Shown here one piece after another: positions 1 through 8,248 of a stretch of DNA of 64,000 bases (its first letter is position 1; each line of letters begins with the position of its first letter). The position numbers and the translations under genes are program-made. The notes under the pieces were generated by a model that had not been told where the DNA came from, searched no databases, and saw only the letters and a program-made list of their open reading frames with translations. This DNA is from Candidatus Latescibacterota bacterium (lineage in GTDB: Bacteria; Latescibacterota; UBA2968; GCA-2709665). The stretch is taken from contig CBDCOX010000002.1 of the NCBI GenBank assembly GCA_965219995.1, positions 320,001 to 384,000 on the forward strand, in the 5' to 3' direction.

Positions 1-2
1 GC

Positions 3-335
3 GGCGTGGTGGAGCAGGCAACGGACCAGGAACTGGCGGATGCGGCTGCTCGGGCGGATCGAACCGGGTTGTTTTCGTGTCCGCATACGGGAGTGGCCTT
101 TGCGGCGCTGTTCAAGCTGGTCGAACGAGGCGTCATTCGAAAAGATGAGCGGGTCGTGGTCATATCCACCGCGCATGGACTGAAATTCACCGAGTTCAAG
201 ATCGGGTACCATCAGGCGCAGCTGGCATCGTTCGACGTAGACCCGACCCATGCGAATCTGCCCGTGGAGTTGCCGGCGGAATACGGACCGGTTCGGGACC
301 GGATCTTTCGCACGCTTGATCTGAACGGTGGTTGA
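3..335 (+). CDS. thrC: threonine synthase, C-terminal part (5' truncated by window), plant-type
   Basis: [23 protein letters not shown] motifs of fold-type II PLP threonine synthases; closely resembles the plant TS C-terminus. Confidence 0.88.
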   Translation, partial: GVVEQATDQELADAAARADRTGLFSCPHTGVAFAALFKLVERGVIRKDERVVVISTAHGLKFTEFKIGYHQAQLASFDVDPTHANLPVELPAEYGPVRDRIFRTLDLNGG

Positions 336-360
336 CAGAGATGTAAGAATTGGTTACATT
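332..360 (+). promoter_or_regulatory. sigma70-type promoter for the metB leader
   Basis: TTGACA(332-337)-N17-TACATT(355-360); the -35 overlaps the thrC TGA stop. Confidence 0.7.
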
Positions 361-377
361 GGTTGCCCATGTTCAGC

Positions 378-428
378 GTAGTGGTGATTTGAGGCATATT
401 GCAGCCACTATAAAGAAATCGCTAAAAA
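378..428 (+). ncRNA. SAM-II (SAM_alpha-type) riboswitch aptamer
   Basis: GTAGTGG-TGATTTG...TTGCAG-CCACTAT-AAAGAAATCGCTAAA: P1 378-384/405-411, pseudoknot TGATTT/AAATCG, terminal CTAAA; directly upstream of a Met-biosynthesis gene. Confidence 0.85.
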
Positions 429-468
429 GCTGATGACCGGTACGATCGATGCCTGCGTATTCAGGTTC

Positions 469-499
469 TCTGGGGCTTTTTAGCTTCAGATTTTTTTTT
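469..499 (+). terminator. intrinsic terminator, riboswitch expression platform
   Basis: Stem TCTGGGGCT(469-477)/AGCTTCAGA(482-490) with 2 G-U pairs, then T9 (491-499). Confidence 0.75.
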
Positions 500-517
500 G
501 TGGATACGGAGGAGGCA

Positions 518-1711
518 ATGAAAAAAAGCCCATCGACGGATGGCGACTGCAGTTCCACCCGTGCGGTCCACGCCGGAGAAAAGGGCGGTCATTGGGGCCA
601 TTCCCTCACCGTCCCGATCGCGCAAACGTCGACCTACGTGTTCGAGAATACGGAGGCGGTGGACGATTTCGTGTCCGGGCGATCGCCCCGCCTCGACTAC
701 GGGCGCTACGGTAACCCGACCCAGCAGATTGCGGAGCGTAAACTGGCCGAGCTCGAGGGAGGCGATGCGGCGCTGTTGTTTTCGTCCGGCATGAGCGCCG
801 TAACAACGACGCTTCTTGGCATGTTGTCCACGGGTCACCACGCCGTGATTGCGGACGACTGCTATCGAAAGACCGCTCAGTTCTGCGAACAGGTGCTGAA
901 AAAGTTCGGAATCGCCACAACCTTTGTACCAGCGGGTGACTATGAGCGGTTGGCTTCGGCCATGCAGGAGAATACGAGGGTCGTGATTGCGGAGTCTCCG
1001 ACCAATCCGCATCTGAACGTGATGGACCTGGAAAGGGTTGTTCCCATCGCAAGGTCAAACCGTGCGAAGGTCGTAATAGACAGCACGTTTGCCACACCGT
1101 TCAACCAGCGTCCCCTCGAGTTCGGCGTCGACCTGGTCATTCACAGCGCAACCAAGTACCTGGGGGGCCATAACGACCTGATTGCAGGCGTTGTAATCGG
1201 CCCCGAGCCCCTGGTATCGGCTATAAAGGACTATCGAGGTATCCTGGGCGGGGTGATCGACCCCCACTGTGCCTATCTGCTGATCAGAGGCATCAAGACA
1301 TTTCCATTGAGGATGGCGCGTCAGAACGAAACGGCGCTGGCGCTCGCCCGCTTTCTGGAAGGGAACGTCAAGGTGCGCCAGGTATACTATCCCGGTCTGG
1401 AGAACCACCCGCACCACGGGGTCGCGCGGGAACAAATGCGTGGGTACGGCGGTGTGGTGAGTTTCGACCTCGATGCGGATCTGGGCGGAACCATGGCGTT
1501 CCTGGATCGCCTGAAGGTCCCGTGCATCGGGGCGAGCCTGGGCGGCGTGGAGAGTATCGTCTCCCATCCGTCAACCATTTCCTACTATGAAATGGCGCGG
1601 GAAGACCGGATCGCCGTCGGGATCAAAGACGAACTGGTACGCTATTCCGTTGGTGTCGAGGACGCGAAAGACCTGATCGAAGACATGGAACGGGCCCTCG
1701 AGGCCATTTAA
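518..1711 (+). CDS. metB: cystathionine gamma-synthase (Cys/Met PLP enzyme), plant-like
   Basis: YGRYGNPT, DCYRKT, ESPTNP, HSATKYLGGHND (PLP Lys), SLGGVES; SD GGAGGAGG before ATG 518. Confidence 0.85.
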   Translation: MKKSPSTDGDCSSTRAVHAGEKGGHWGHSLTVPIAQTSTYVFENTEAVDDFVSGRSPRLDYGRYGNPTQQIAERKLAELEGGDAALLFSSGMSAVTTTLLGMLSTGHHAVIADDCYRKTAQFCEQVLKKFGIATTFVPAGDYERLASAMQENTRVVIAESPTNPHLNVMDLERVVPIARSNRAKVVIDSTFATPFNQRPLEFGVDLVIHSATKYLGGHNDLIAGVVIGPEPLVSAIKDYRGILGGVIDPHCAYLLIRGIKTFPLRMARQNETALALARFLEGNVKVRQVYYPGLENHPHHGVAREQMRGYGGVVSFDLDADLGGTMAFLDRLKVPCIGASLGGVESIVSHPSTISYYEMAREDRIAVGIKDELVRYSVGVEDAKDLIEDMERALEAI

Positions 1712-1734
1712 CGAGATTAGGGAGCGAGGCCGCG

Positions 1735-2511
1735 GTGACGCGGCCCTTCGAATGTATGTTCGGTCCGTTTCTGATGTTTGCTTTGCGGGCGCCGTTACAG
1801 GACGTGCGCTGGAGGCAGAAGATCCTGCTGGGGGGGTTGCTGTCCCTGCTGCCAAGTCTGGCGCTGCTCCTCGCCGTCTTTATGGCGCTCGGGAAAGTCA
1901 CCGTGTTGCTGACGCCCGTCGCGGTGGTATTCTTCATATTTCCGACGCTCGTTTCCTGGGGGTATATATATCGGATCTTTGTCGACGCGTTAAACGGAAT
2001 GGAGTTCAGGAAACTGCCCGATTGGGGCGCATGGAAGCAATACGCGGGCGTGGGAGTGCGGCTGGGCGTTATTTTCTTCGGATATCTGTTTCTGGCCGGC
2101 CTGGGCGCGCTTGCCGTTATGGCAGTCCTGGGACTGGTACCGCCCGGAGAAGATCCGGCCCGGCTCAGCGCGGTCACACTAGTCGTAATCGTCGCCGCAA
2201 TGCTGCTCTACGGGCTCCTGCCCGTGGTATTTGCGAGGTTTGCAGCCGAGCGCAAGATATGGGCTTCATTCGATCCCGGCGCAATCCTGTCGGACATTCG
2301 GCGGGTGATTCGGGGCGGGAAGTATACACAGGCGTGTCTTGCGTTTTATCTCACTTACGGAATGCTGCTCTTCGTGAACCTGCTGCTGGGAGCCGTACCG
2401 CCGGTGGCGATGTTCATCGGTTCGATTGGCTCGTTCTACCTGATGGTGGTTTTTGCCTGGGTATTCGGATGGCTGCTCGGGGTCAGGGGCGCGGAGCGTT
2501 CAGACCGGTAA
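1735..2511 (+). CDS. multi-pass membrane protein, DUF4013-like
   Basis: Several hydrophobic helices; K.LLGG, GY..R, LPDW..W pattern; start codon uncertain. Confidence 0.65.
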   Translation: MTRPFECMFGPFLMFALRAPLQDVRWRQKILLGGLLSLLPSLALLLAVFMALGKVTVLLTPVAVVFFIFPTLVSWGYIYRIFVDALNGMEFRKLPDWGAWKQYAGVGVRLGVIFFGYLFLAGLGALAVMAVLGLVPPGEDPARLSAVTLVVIVAAMLLYGLLPVVFARFAAERKIWASFDPGAILSDIRRVIRGGKYTQACLAFYLTYGMLLFVNLLLGAVPPVAMFIGSIGSFYLMVVFAWVFGWLLGVRGAERSDR

Positions 2512-2583
2512 CTTCGTTCTTCGGCTGCCTGGGACTCGGGGTGCGGCCGGACATCGCGGTCGCGCGCCTTGTCTTCGGCCACA

Positions 2584-2626
2584 ATGAATCGGCGGAAGAA
2601 TGGTGAGGTATTTTCGGGACAGGACA
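2584..2626 (-). mobile_element. partial copy of MITE family A (see 20567-20733)
   Basis: Reverse complement matches 20570-20612 at 42 of 43 nt. Confidence 0.75.
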
Positions 2627-2631
2627 TCGGA

Positions 2632-3546
2632 TCAGACCTGCGCCCAGGCAGCGTCGAGAACTCTTTTTGCATTGGCGATGACGATTTCAGCTGACTCTCC
2701 CTCCATCGGAGAAACTTCGAAGCTGAGAATGGGGCGTTTCTCAGGATTCAGAAAACCGATGTCGAGCAGTTCACTGAGGAATTCAACGGCTTCGGGAATG
2801 TCGTTCTCGCCGTCTTCGCAACCGAATCGGGGGTGGTTGTCCCCGTATGCCGGATGATTGGGGTTCCGCATCACGCAGTTGCCGATATGGGCATGAACCA
2901 GGTGGTCGCGAGCGACTCGAAGCGCATATTCCGAGGTTTCGCCCTGCAGGGGGAAATGACTCAGGTCCAGCATCAATCCAAAGTTCGGGTACTCCCGCCT
3001 TACCCTGGAAGAAACTTCGACCGCCAGCGCATTCGGACCGACGAGACAGTTCTTGCCAAAGGGCACGCGATCGAATGTCTCGAGTACGATGTTCATGTTT
3101 CTGGCGGCCGCTTCTTCGCAAAGGCGATAGAGAGAGTCGACCAGCAGGTCCACGCCCCGCTCGCGGGCTCCGGGACCGGGATCGGCGCCCGAAAGCAGGG
3201 CAACCCCCGGGGCCCCCAGCGCTTCGGCCTGCCGGATGCCCGCGATGACCGCGTCCACCGCGCCGAGCCTGTGGTCCTCGTCTTCGTCGTTGATGTTCAG
3301 GTTGCCGCCAAGAAGAATCGGTTGGGCGCCGAAGGCCACGTCCAAATGGGCGGCCTCCAGCAGTTCGGCGGCTTCCGCAAGTACCCCTTCGTCCTTCATA
3401 TGGGTGACTTCCACCGCCTGGAAATAGGGATCGAGCGCGATCCTTTCGAGTGTCTCCACAATCGGGCCGTCGCCGCCGATGCAGGATTTGTAGGCCATAA
3501 AGTGTACGATGCCGATTCGAGCGTAGTTCTGAATGGGTTCGGTCAC
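2632..3546 (-). CDS. sugar phosphate isomerase/epimerase (xylose isomerase-like TIM barrel)
   Basis: Metal motifs VLETFD, LDLSH, HAHIGN, SFEV. Confidence 0.75.
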   Translation of the reverse strand: MTEPIQNYARIGIVHFMAYKSCIGGDGPIVETLERIALDPYFQAVEVTHMKDEGVLAEAAELLEAAHLDVAFGAQPILLGGNLNINDEDEDHRLGAVDAVIAGIRQAEALGAPGVALLSGADPGPGARERGVDLLVDSLYRLCEEAAARNMNIVLETFDRVPFGKNCLVGPNALAVEVSSRVRREYPNFGLMLDLSHFPLQGETSEYALRVARDHLVHAHIGNCVMRNPNHPAYGDNHPRFGCEDGENDIPEAVEFLSELLDIGFLNPEKRPILSFEVSPMEGESAEIVIANAKRVLDAAWAQV

Positions 3547-3711
3547 AACAACGACTCCTTTCCTGCCTCGCGATTTCGTGGGTCCGAATCGTGAGGGGAG
3601 CGACTTGGTAAACGGGCATGCGAGGCCGATTCCTTATCAGCCGGAACGCGGCGGGCAGACGGTTCGGTCGAATGCCCGGGGAGGCATCGGCGCTGGAGGA
3701 ATGGCGGGGCA

Positions 3712-3740
3712 AAAATACGCATTCATGCCGGTTTTGTCAA
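3712..3740 (-). promoter_or_regulatory. sigma70-type promoter for the TIM-barrel gene
   Basis: Minus strand TTGACA-N17-TATTTT. Confidence 0.55.
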
Positions 3741-3762
3741 ACGGCAATTCGCACTTTTCCGC

Positions 3763-3791
3763 TTGACTTCAGGGACGTCGGCCTGTATTTT
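3763..3791 (+). promoter_or_regulatory. sigma70-type promoter for tRNA-Tyr
   Basis: TTGACT-N17-TATTTT ending 25 nt upstream of the tRNA. Confidence 0.6.
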
Positions 3792-3815
3792 TTCTCCTTC
3801 GATATTCCAGCCTGT

Positions 3816-3901
3816 GGGGAGGTACCCAAGCGGTCAACGGGGGCAGACTGTAAATCTGTTGGCTGACGCCTTCGGTGGTTCGAATCCGCCCCTCCCCACC
3901 A
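3816..3901 (+). tRNA. tRNA-Tyr(GTA)
   Basis: GGGGAGG/CCTCCCC acceptor, CTGTAAA anticodon loop, long variable arm, GTTCGAATC, encoded CCA. Confidence 0.97.
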
Positions 3902-3916
3902 TTTTCCTGGCCCTGC

Positions 3917-3944
3917 GCCCCTCCTCACACGGGGGGCTTTTGTT
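3917..3944 (+). terminator. probable intrinsic terminator after tRNA-Tyr
   Basis: GCCCCTCC-TCACAC-GGGGGGC followed by TTTTGTT. Confidence 0.55.
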
Positions 3945-3949
3945 GTCTG

Positions 3950-4492
3950 TCGCGCTTTTCGGCGTTCATCCCGTTCCTCCTGTCCACCCATGTCAATTGC
4001 AGCAGGTGAAAATGACTGCAAAAGACGCCAAACATGGATACACAGGATAGGCAGGATGAAAAGCAAAATTCGGAAAAAACCAACCTCAATTCGAAAAAAG
4101 ACAACCGAAAAATCAGCCACAAAAAGCACAAAAGACACAAAGGGCATGGCTGCGAAACGGCGTGTAGAGGTCGTTCAAAGGCCTGTATTCTCGGTTCACG
4201 TTCAGTGACCTGAAGGTTCCTGAAAATCCGACGTCAGATCGTCTTCATTCACCTGCATATTTTTCGTGTGTTTCGTAGGTCCAGGTGTTTGTATTTTCCC
4301 GCTTTTCGGTTTTTATCCTGTCCATCCTGTTTATCCATGTGAGTTGTGGTTTTTTGAATTCATGGGTTAGTCACGGTGTTTTCGTATTTTTCGCGTAATT
4401 CGTAGTTTCTGGTGTTCGATTTTTCCCGTTTTTTGATCTTTCATCCTGTCCATCCTGTTTATCCATGTGAGTTCTGGGTTTTTGAATTCATG
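3950..4492. repeat. AT-rich array of 9-mer triplet repeats (ATCCTGTCC-ATCCTGTTT-ATCCATGTG type and TTTCGTG/CACAAAA type)
   Basis: Identical 31-nt core at 4315 and 4443 (period 128); degenerate copy at 3968; inverted copy at 4031-4057; related copy at 59485. Confidence 0.85.
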
Positions 4493-4531
4493 AGTGGTGA
4501 AGTTTGCGAGCGCGATTATTGACAAAAATTC

Positions 4532-4560
4532 TTGACATCCGTACACGTATATTATAACTT
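4532..4560 (+). promoter_or_regulatory. sigma70-type promoter for tRNA-Gly-Thr-rpmG-Trp-secE
   Basis: TTGACA-N17-TAACTT; second TTGACA at 4519. Confidence 0.65.
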
Positions 4561-4631
4561 CTTAAGTCTGGAAACTTTCCGCGCCGGCATTCTTGCGTGT
4601 GCGGCCCGCAAGGAATCGTTTCCTGTTTTGC

Positions 4632-4708
4632 GCGGGAATAGCTCAGTTGGCTAGAGCGTCAGCCTTCCAAGCTGAATGTCGCGGGTTCGAGTCCCGTTTC
4701 CCGCTCCA
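4632..4708 (+). tRNA. tRNA-Gly(TCC)
   Basis: GCGGGAA/TTCCCGC acceptor, TTCCAA anticodon loop, GTTCGAGTC, CCA. Confidence 0.97.
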
Positions 4709-4762
4709 ATTTCCTACGGGCTGCGTTATCAGCCTATTTCTGTCGTACAGACAGGGTACAGG

Positions 4763-4838
4763 GCCCATGTAGCTCAGTCGGTAGAGCACCTCCTTGGTAA
4801 GGAGGAGGTCACCGGTTCGAGTCCGGTCGTGGGCTCCA
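4763..4838 (+). tRNA. tRNA-Thr(GGT)
   Basis: GCCCATG/CGTGGGC acceptor, TTGGTAA loop, GTTCGAGTC, CCA. Confidence 0.97.
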
Positions 4839-4860
4839 CAATAACGTCCGGTCCCCATCG

Positions 4861-5013
4861 ATGCCCAGAGATCTGATTACATTGGCATGCGCCGACTGCG
4901 CGCGCCGGAATTATACGACGAACAAGAATCGGCGATTACACCCGGACCGCGTCGAATTCAAGAAATATTGCAGGTTCTGTCGTAAGCATACCCTGCACCG
5001 GGAGACTCGCTGA
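4861..5013 (+). CDS. rpmG: 50S ribosomal protein L33 (Zn-binding type)
   Basis: Translated by hand (not in ORF track): [50 protein letters not shown]. Confidence 0.95.
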   Translation: MPRDLITLACADCARRNYTTNKNRRLHPDRVEFKKYCRFCRKHTLHRETR

Positions 5014-5044
5014 AATTTCATGAATCACTGCAGATTTTGGGGTT

Positions 5045-5120
5045 AGGGCAGTAGCTCAATTGGTAGAGCACCGGTCTCCAAAACCGGTGGTTGCGGGTTC
5101 GATTCCTGCCTGCCCTGCCA
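5045..5120 (+). tRNA. tRNA-Trp(CCA)
   Basis: AGGGCAG/CTGCCCT acceptor, CTCCAAA loop, GTTCGATTC, CCA; canonical position before secE. Confidence 0.97.
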
Positions 5121-5283
5121 TTTTCCTCCGAAACAGACACCTTACCCGCGCCTGAGTTCCGCTGGAAATTGCAGGAGCCGGGTTTCTTCTACGAATCCCC
5201 ATCTGCCTTTGTCGACTGCGGCATACGCGAGCCCGTTTCCGGGCTGTTTCAGGTGTTGGGACGTTTTCCTGGCGGTGTACCCG

Positions 5284-5469
5284 ATGTTCGCGAAAGTGGC
5301 GCAGTTCATTAAAGACGTCCAGCTGGAAATGGGCAAGGTGACGTGGCCGACCCGTGACGAGCTGATCGCTTCGACAACGATTGTGCTGGTGGTTTCGCTG
5401 GCGCTTTCCGTATTCATTTTCGCCGTCGACTTCGTGCTTTCGCTGGTTCGCAGATTTGGTATGAGCTGA
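5284..5469 (+). CDS. secE: preprotein translocase subunit SecE
   Basis: EMGKVTWPTRDEL motif plus one TM helix; upstream of nusG. Confidence 0.93.
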   Translation: MFAKVAQFIKDVQLEMGKVTWPTRDELIASTTIVLVVSLALSVFIFAVDFVLSLVRRFGMS

Positions 5470-5503
5470 CGGCCTCCGGCTTCCCAACTGAGAGTGATAC
5501 ACC

Positions 5504-6043
5504 ATGGCAATGCGCTGGTACGTCGTGCATACCTATTCAGGACACGAAAACAAAGTGCGTTCCTATCTCGAGAGTGCCAAGGAAGGCACTGAGGTTGCGG
5601 AGAGGATCAACCGGGTCGTCGTACCTACCGAAGAGGTTGTCGAGATGAAGGACGGACGGAAGACAACCTCCTTCAGAAAATTTCTTCCCAGTTACATTCT
5701 TGTCGAAATGGAAATGGATAAGGAGACCATGCACTTCGTCACGAATGTGCCTGGTGTCACGAGCTTCGTCGGGCCCGGGAAGCGCCCCCAGCCGCTTCAC
5801 GAAAAAGAGGTGGAACACGTGCTGGGTCACGTCGACCGGCGGCAGGTTCAGGACGATCAGGAAATCCCCTATCAGGTCGGAGACCGTGTTAAAGTGATCG
5901 ACGGGCCCTTCAGCGAATTCATCGGGATGGTCGACGTCGTGAACCCCGAGAAGAGAAAGATCAAGGTGATGGTGAGTATCTTTGGAAGGAATACCCCCGT
6001 GGAACTGGACGTCCTGCAGGTCGAAGAGGCCGTGGAAGGGTAG
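5504..6043 (+). CDS. nusG: transcription elongation factor NusG
   Basis: [14 protein letters not shown]; [14 protein letters not shown]; [10 protein letters not shown]. Confidence 0.97.
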   Translation: MAMRWYVVHTYSGHENKVRSYLESAKEGTEVAERINRVVVPTEEVVEMKDGRKTTSFRKFLPSYILVEMEMDKETMHFVTNVPGVTSFVGPGKRPQPLHEKEVEHVLGHVDRRQVQDDQEIPYQVGDRVKVIDGPFSEFIGMVDVVNPEKRKIKVMVSIFGRNTPVELDVLQVEEAVEG

Positions 6044-6047
6044 CGTA

Positions 6048-6473
6048 ATGGCGAAGAAGATCATGACAACCATCAAACTGCAGATTCCGGCTGGCCAGGC
6101 GTCCCCGACGCCGCCAGTCGGTCCGGCGCTTGGCCAGCACGGAGTCAACATCATGGAATTCTGCCAGGCGTTCAACGCGCAGACCAAAGACAAGCAGGGA
6201 TTGATCGTTCCCGCGGTCATTACCGTTTTTACCGACCGCAGTTTCTCGTTTATAACAAAAAGCCCGCCGGCCGCGGTGTTGCTGAAGAGGGCCGCGGGAC
6301 TCGAGAAGGGATCGCCCGAATCCAACCGGACCAAGGTCGGCAGCGTCAATCGGGATCAGGTTCGGGAGATCGCCGAGATGAAAATGGAAGATCTGAATGC
6401 GAGCAGCGTGGAAACCGCCGTACGCATGATCGAAGGAACGGCGCGCAGCGCCGGTATCACGGTTGAAAATTAG
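6048..6473 (+). CDS. rplK: 50S ribosomal protein L11
   Basis: [18 protein letters not shown]. Confidence 0.97.
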   Translation: MAKKIMTTIKLQIPAGQASPTPPVGPALGQHGVNIMEFCQAFNAQTKDKQGLIVPAVITVFTDRSFSFITKSPPAAVLLKRAAGLEKGSPESNRTKVGSVNRDQVREIAEMKMEDLNASSVETAVRMIEGTARSAGITVEN

Positions 6474-6486
6474 GAGGTAACTCATC

Positions 6487-7185
6487 ATGGCTGGGCGCAA
6501 CGGGAGACGATTCAAGACGGCGCTTTCACAGATTGACCGACGCGCGCAATATTCGATTGAAGACGCCGTAACGCTGCTGAAAGACATGCCGGCGCCTAAA
6601 TTCGATCAGACGGTCGAAATGGCCATGCGGCTGGGCGTGGACCCGCGCCAGGCCGACCAGCAGGTCCGCGGTACGGTGATGTTGCCCCACGGGCTTGGCA
6701 AGACGATTCGCGTGGTCGTGTTCGCCAAAGGCGAACAGGCGGCTGCGGCCGAGGGTGCCGGGGCGGATATCGTGGGCGCCGACGACCTGGCCGAACGCAT
6801 CAACGGGGGTTGGACCGATTTCGACGTAGCCATCGCGGCGCCGGACATGATGAGGGTTGTCGGACGTTTGGGAAGGATACTCGGGCCCCGCGGGCTGATG
6901 CCCAATCCCAAGAGCGGCACGGTCACGCCGGACGTGGCGCGGGCGGTGGCGGAGGCCAAGGCGGGTCGCGTGGAGTATCGGGTCGACCGGAATGGAAACG
7001 TCCACGCGCCCGTGGGCAGGGTCTCGTTCGAGAAGAACCGGTTGGTTGAGAATGTCCGAACGCTCTTCGAAACGATTCTGCGCGCGCGTCCTTCTTCTGC
7101 AAAAGGGCAATTTGTCCGTTCGGTTACCCTGGCGACCACGATGGGCCCGGGTGTCCGTATCGATCGGTCCAGTGTGACCAGCTGA
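6487..7185 (+). CDS. rplA: 50S ribosomal protein L1
   Basis: [29 protein letters not shown]. Confidence 0.97.
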   Translation: MAGRNGRRFKTALSQIDRRAQYSIEDAVTLLKDMPAPKFDQTVEMAMRLGVDPRQADQQVRGTVMLPHGLGKTIRVVVFAKGEQAAAAEGAGADIVGADDLAERINGGWTDFDVAIAAPDMMRVVGRLGRILGPRGLMPNPKSGTVTPDVARAVAEAKAGRVEYRVDRNGNVHAPVGRVSFEKNRLVENVRTLFETILRARPSSAKGQFVRSVTLATTMGPGVRIDRSSVTS

Positions 7186-7217
7186 CGGGGCGTGTGCCCG
7201 TAACGGAAGGGAACAGG

Positions 7218-7772
7218 ATGCCAACGGCTGGAAAAATCAGTGCGGTCGATGAATTGACCCAACTCATGAGCAGGTCCCAGGGATTCTGTCTGGCCGATTT
7301 TACCGGTCTCGATGTCCCTGAGGTGACGCGGCTCCGTAAACGGCTGCGCGATGAGGATATAACCTACAGGGTCGTCAAGAATCGCCTGGCGTTGATCGCG
7401 GTAAAAAACGCGGGGATTCAGGGTCTGGAAGAGGTATTGCGGGGGCCAACCGGTCTGGCCAGTTCGGAAATCGACCCGGTCGCACCGGTGAGGCTGCTTC
7501 ACGATTTTGCCGAGGAGTCGAACGGCCTCCCAAGGGTCAAGGGCGGCTTTGCGGACGGACGGGTCTATCGGGAAGATCAGCTGGAGGCGCTTGCCAGACT
7601 GCCCTCGAGGGAAGTGCTGTTGGGGCAGGTGGTGTCGTCGGTCCAGAGTCCATTGAGCGGGCTGGTATTCTGTCTGGGCGGCCTGCTGCAGAACCTCGTT
7701 CTGATTCTGAACGAAATTGCCAAGAAGAAGGGTGAGGCCGGTGTGGATGACCAGGCATTCCGGATCACCTAA
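7218..7772 (+). CDS. rplJ: 50S ribosomal protein L10
   Basis: [20 protein letters not shown]; lies between rplA and rplL. Confidence 0.95.
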   Translation: MPTAGKISAVDELTQLMSRSQGFCLADFTGLDVPEVTRLRKRLRDEDITYRVVKNRLALIAVKNAGIQGLEEVLRGPTGLASSEIDPVAPVRLLHDFAEESNGLPRVKGGFADGRVYREDQLEALARLPSREVLLGQVVSSVQSPLSGLVFCLGGLLQNLVLILNEIAKKKGEAGVDDQAFRIT

Positions 7773-7813
7773 AACCGTTTCAATCATCAGGATAAGACGT
7801 TTGGAGGAAATCC

Positions 7814-8194
7814 ATGGCAATCGCAGACATTATCGATGAAATCGAAAAGCTCTCCGTTCTGGAACTGGCCGAACTGGTCAAGGCGCTCGAAGATAAATTC
7901 GGCGTGAGCGCCCAGGCGATGGTTGCCGCACCGGCGGCCGGCGCCGGCGCCGTCGCCGATGGAGAGGTCGAGGAAGAGGAACAGACGGAATTCGACGTGG
8001 TTTTGAGCGCCATCGGCGACAAGAAAATTCAGGTCATTAAAGTGGTACGCAGCGTCACCAGCCTGGGCTTGAAAGAAGCCAAGGAACTCGTCGACGGTGC
8101 GCCTCGCAGCGTGAAGGAAGGCGTTTCCAAGGAAGAGGCCGACCAGATCAAGGCCGAGTTGGAGGAGGTTGGAGCCGTGGTTGAAATCAAATAG
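7814..8194 (+). CDS. rplL: 50S ribosomal protein L7/L12
   Basis: [21 protein letters not shown]. Confidence 0.97.
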   Translation: MAIADIIDEIEKLSVLELAELVKALEDKFGVSAQAMVAAPAAGAGAVADGEVEEEEQTEFDVVLSAIGDKKIQVIKVVRSVTSLGLKEAKELVDGAPRSVKEGVSKEEADQIKAELEEVGAVVEIK

Positions 8195-8248
8195 ACTCGC
8201 TTCACAGCATTCCTGCCTTCAATCAATGGTCGATTTCACCGGAGGAGC

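Noticed and set aside
3737-4208. ORFs of 71-136 aa across the tRNA-Tyr and repeat region
   Set aside because: They overlap the tRNA or are low-complexity translations of the 9-mer repeats
4250-4492. Possible CRISPR array (31-nt identical repeats)
   Set aside because: Only two exact copies, 97-nt intervening sequence homologous to the flanks, and no cas genes in the window
3816-5120. Prophage or integrative island at the tRNA genes
   Set aside because: No integrase and no duplicated tRNA 3' end (attR) seen in the window
7186-7217. L10 leader RNA
   Set aside because: The rplA-rplJ gap is only about 32 nt, too short for the known structure
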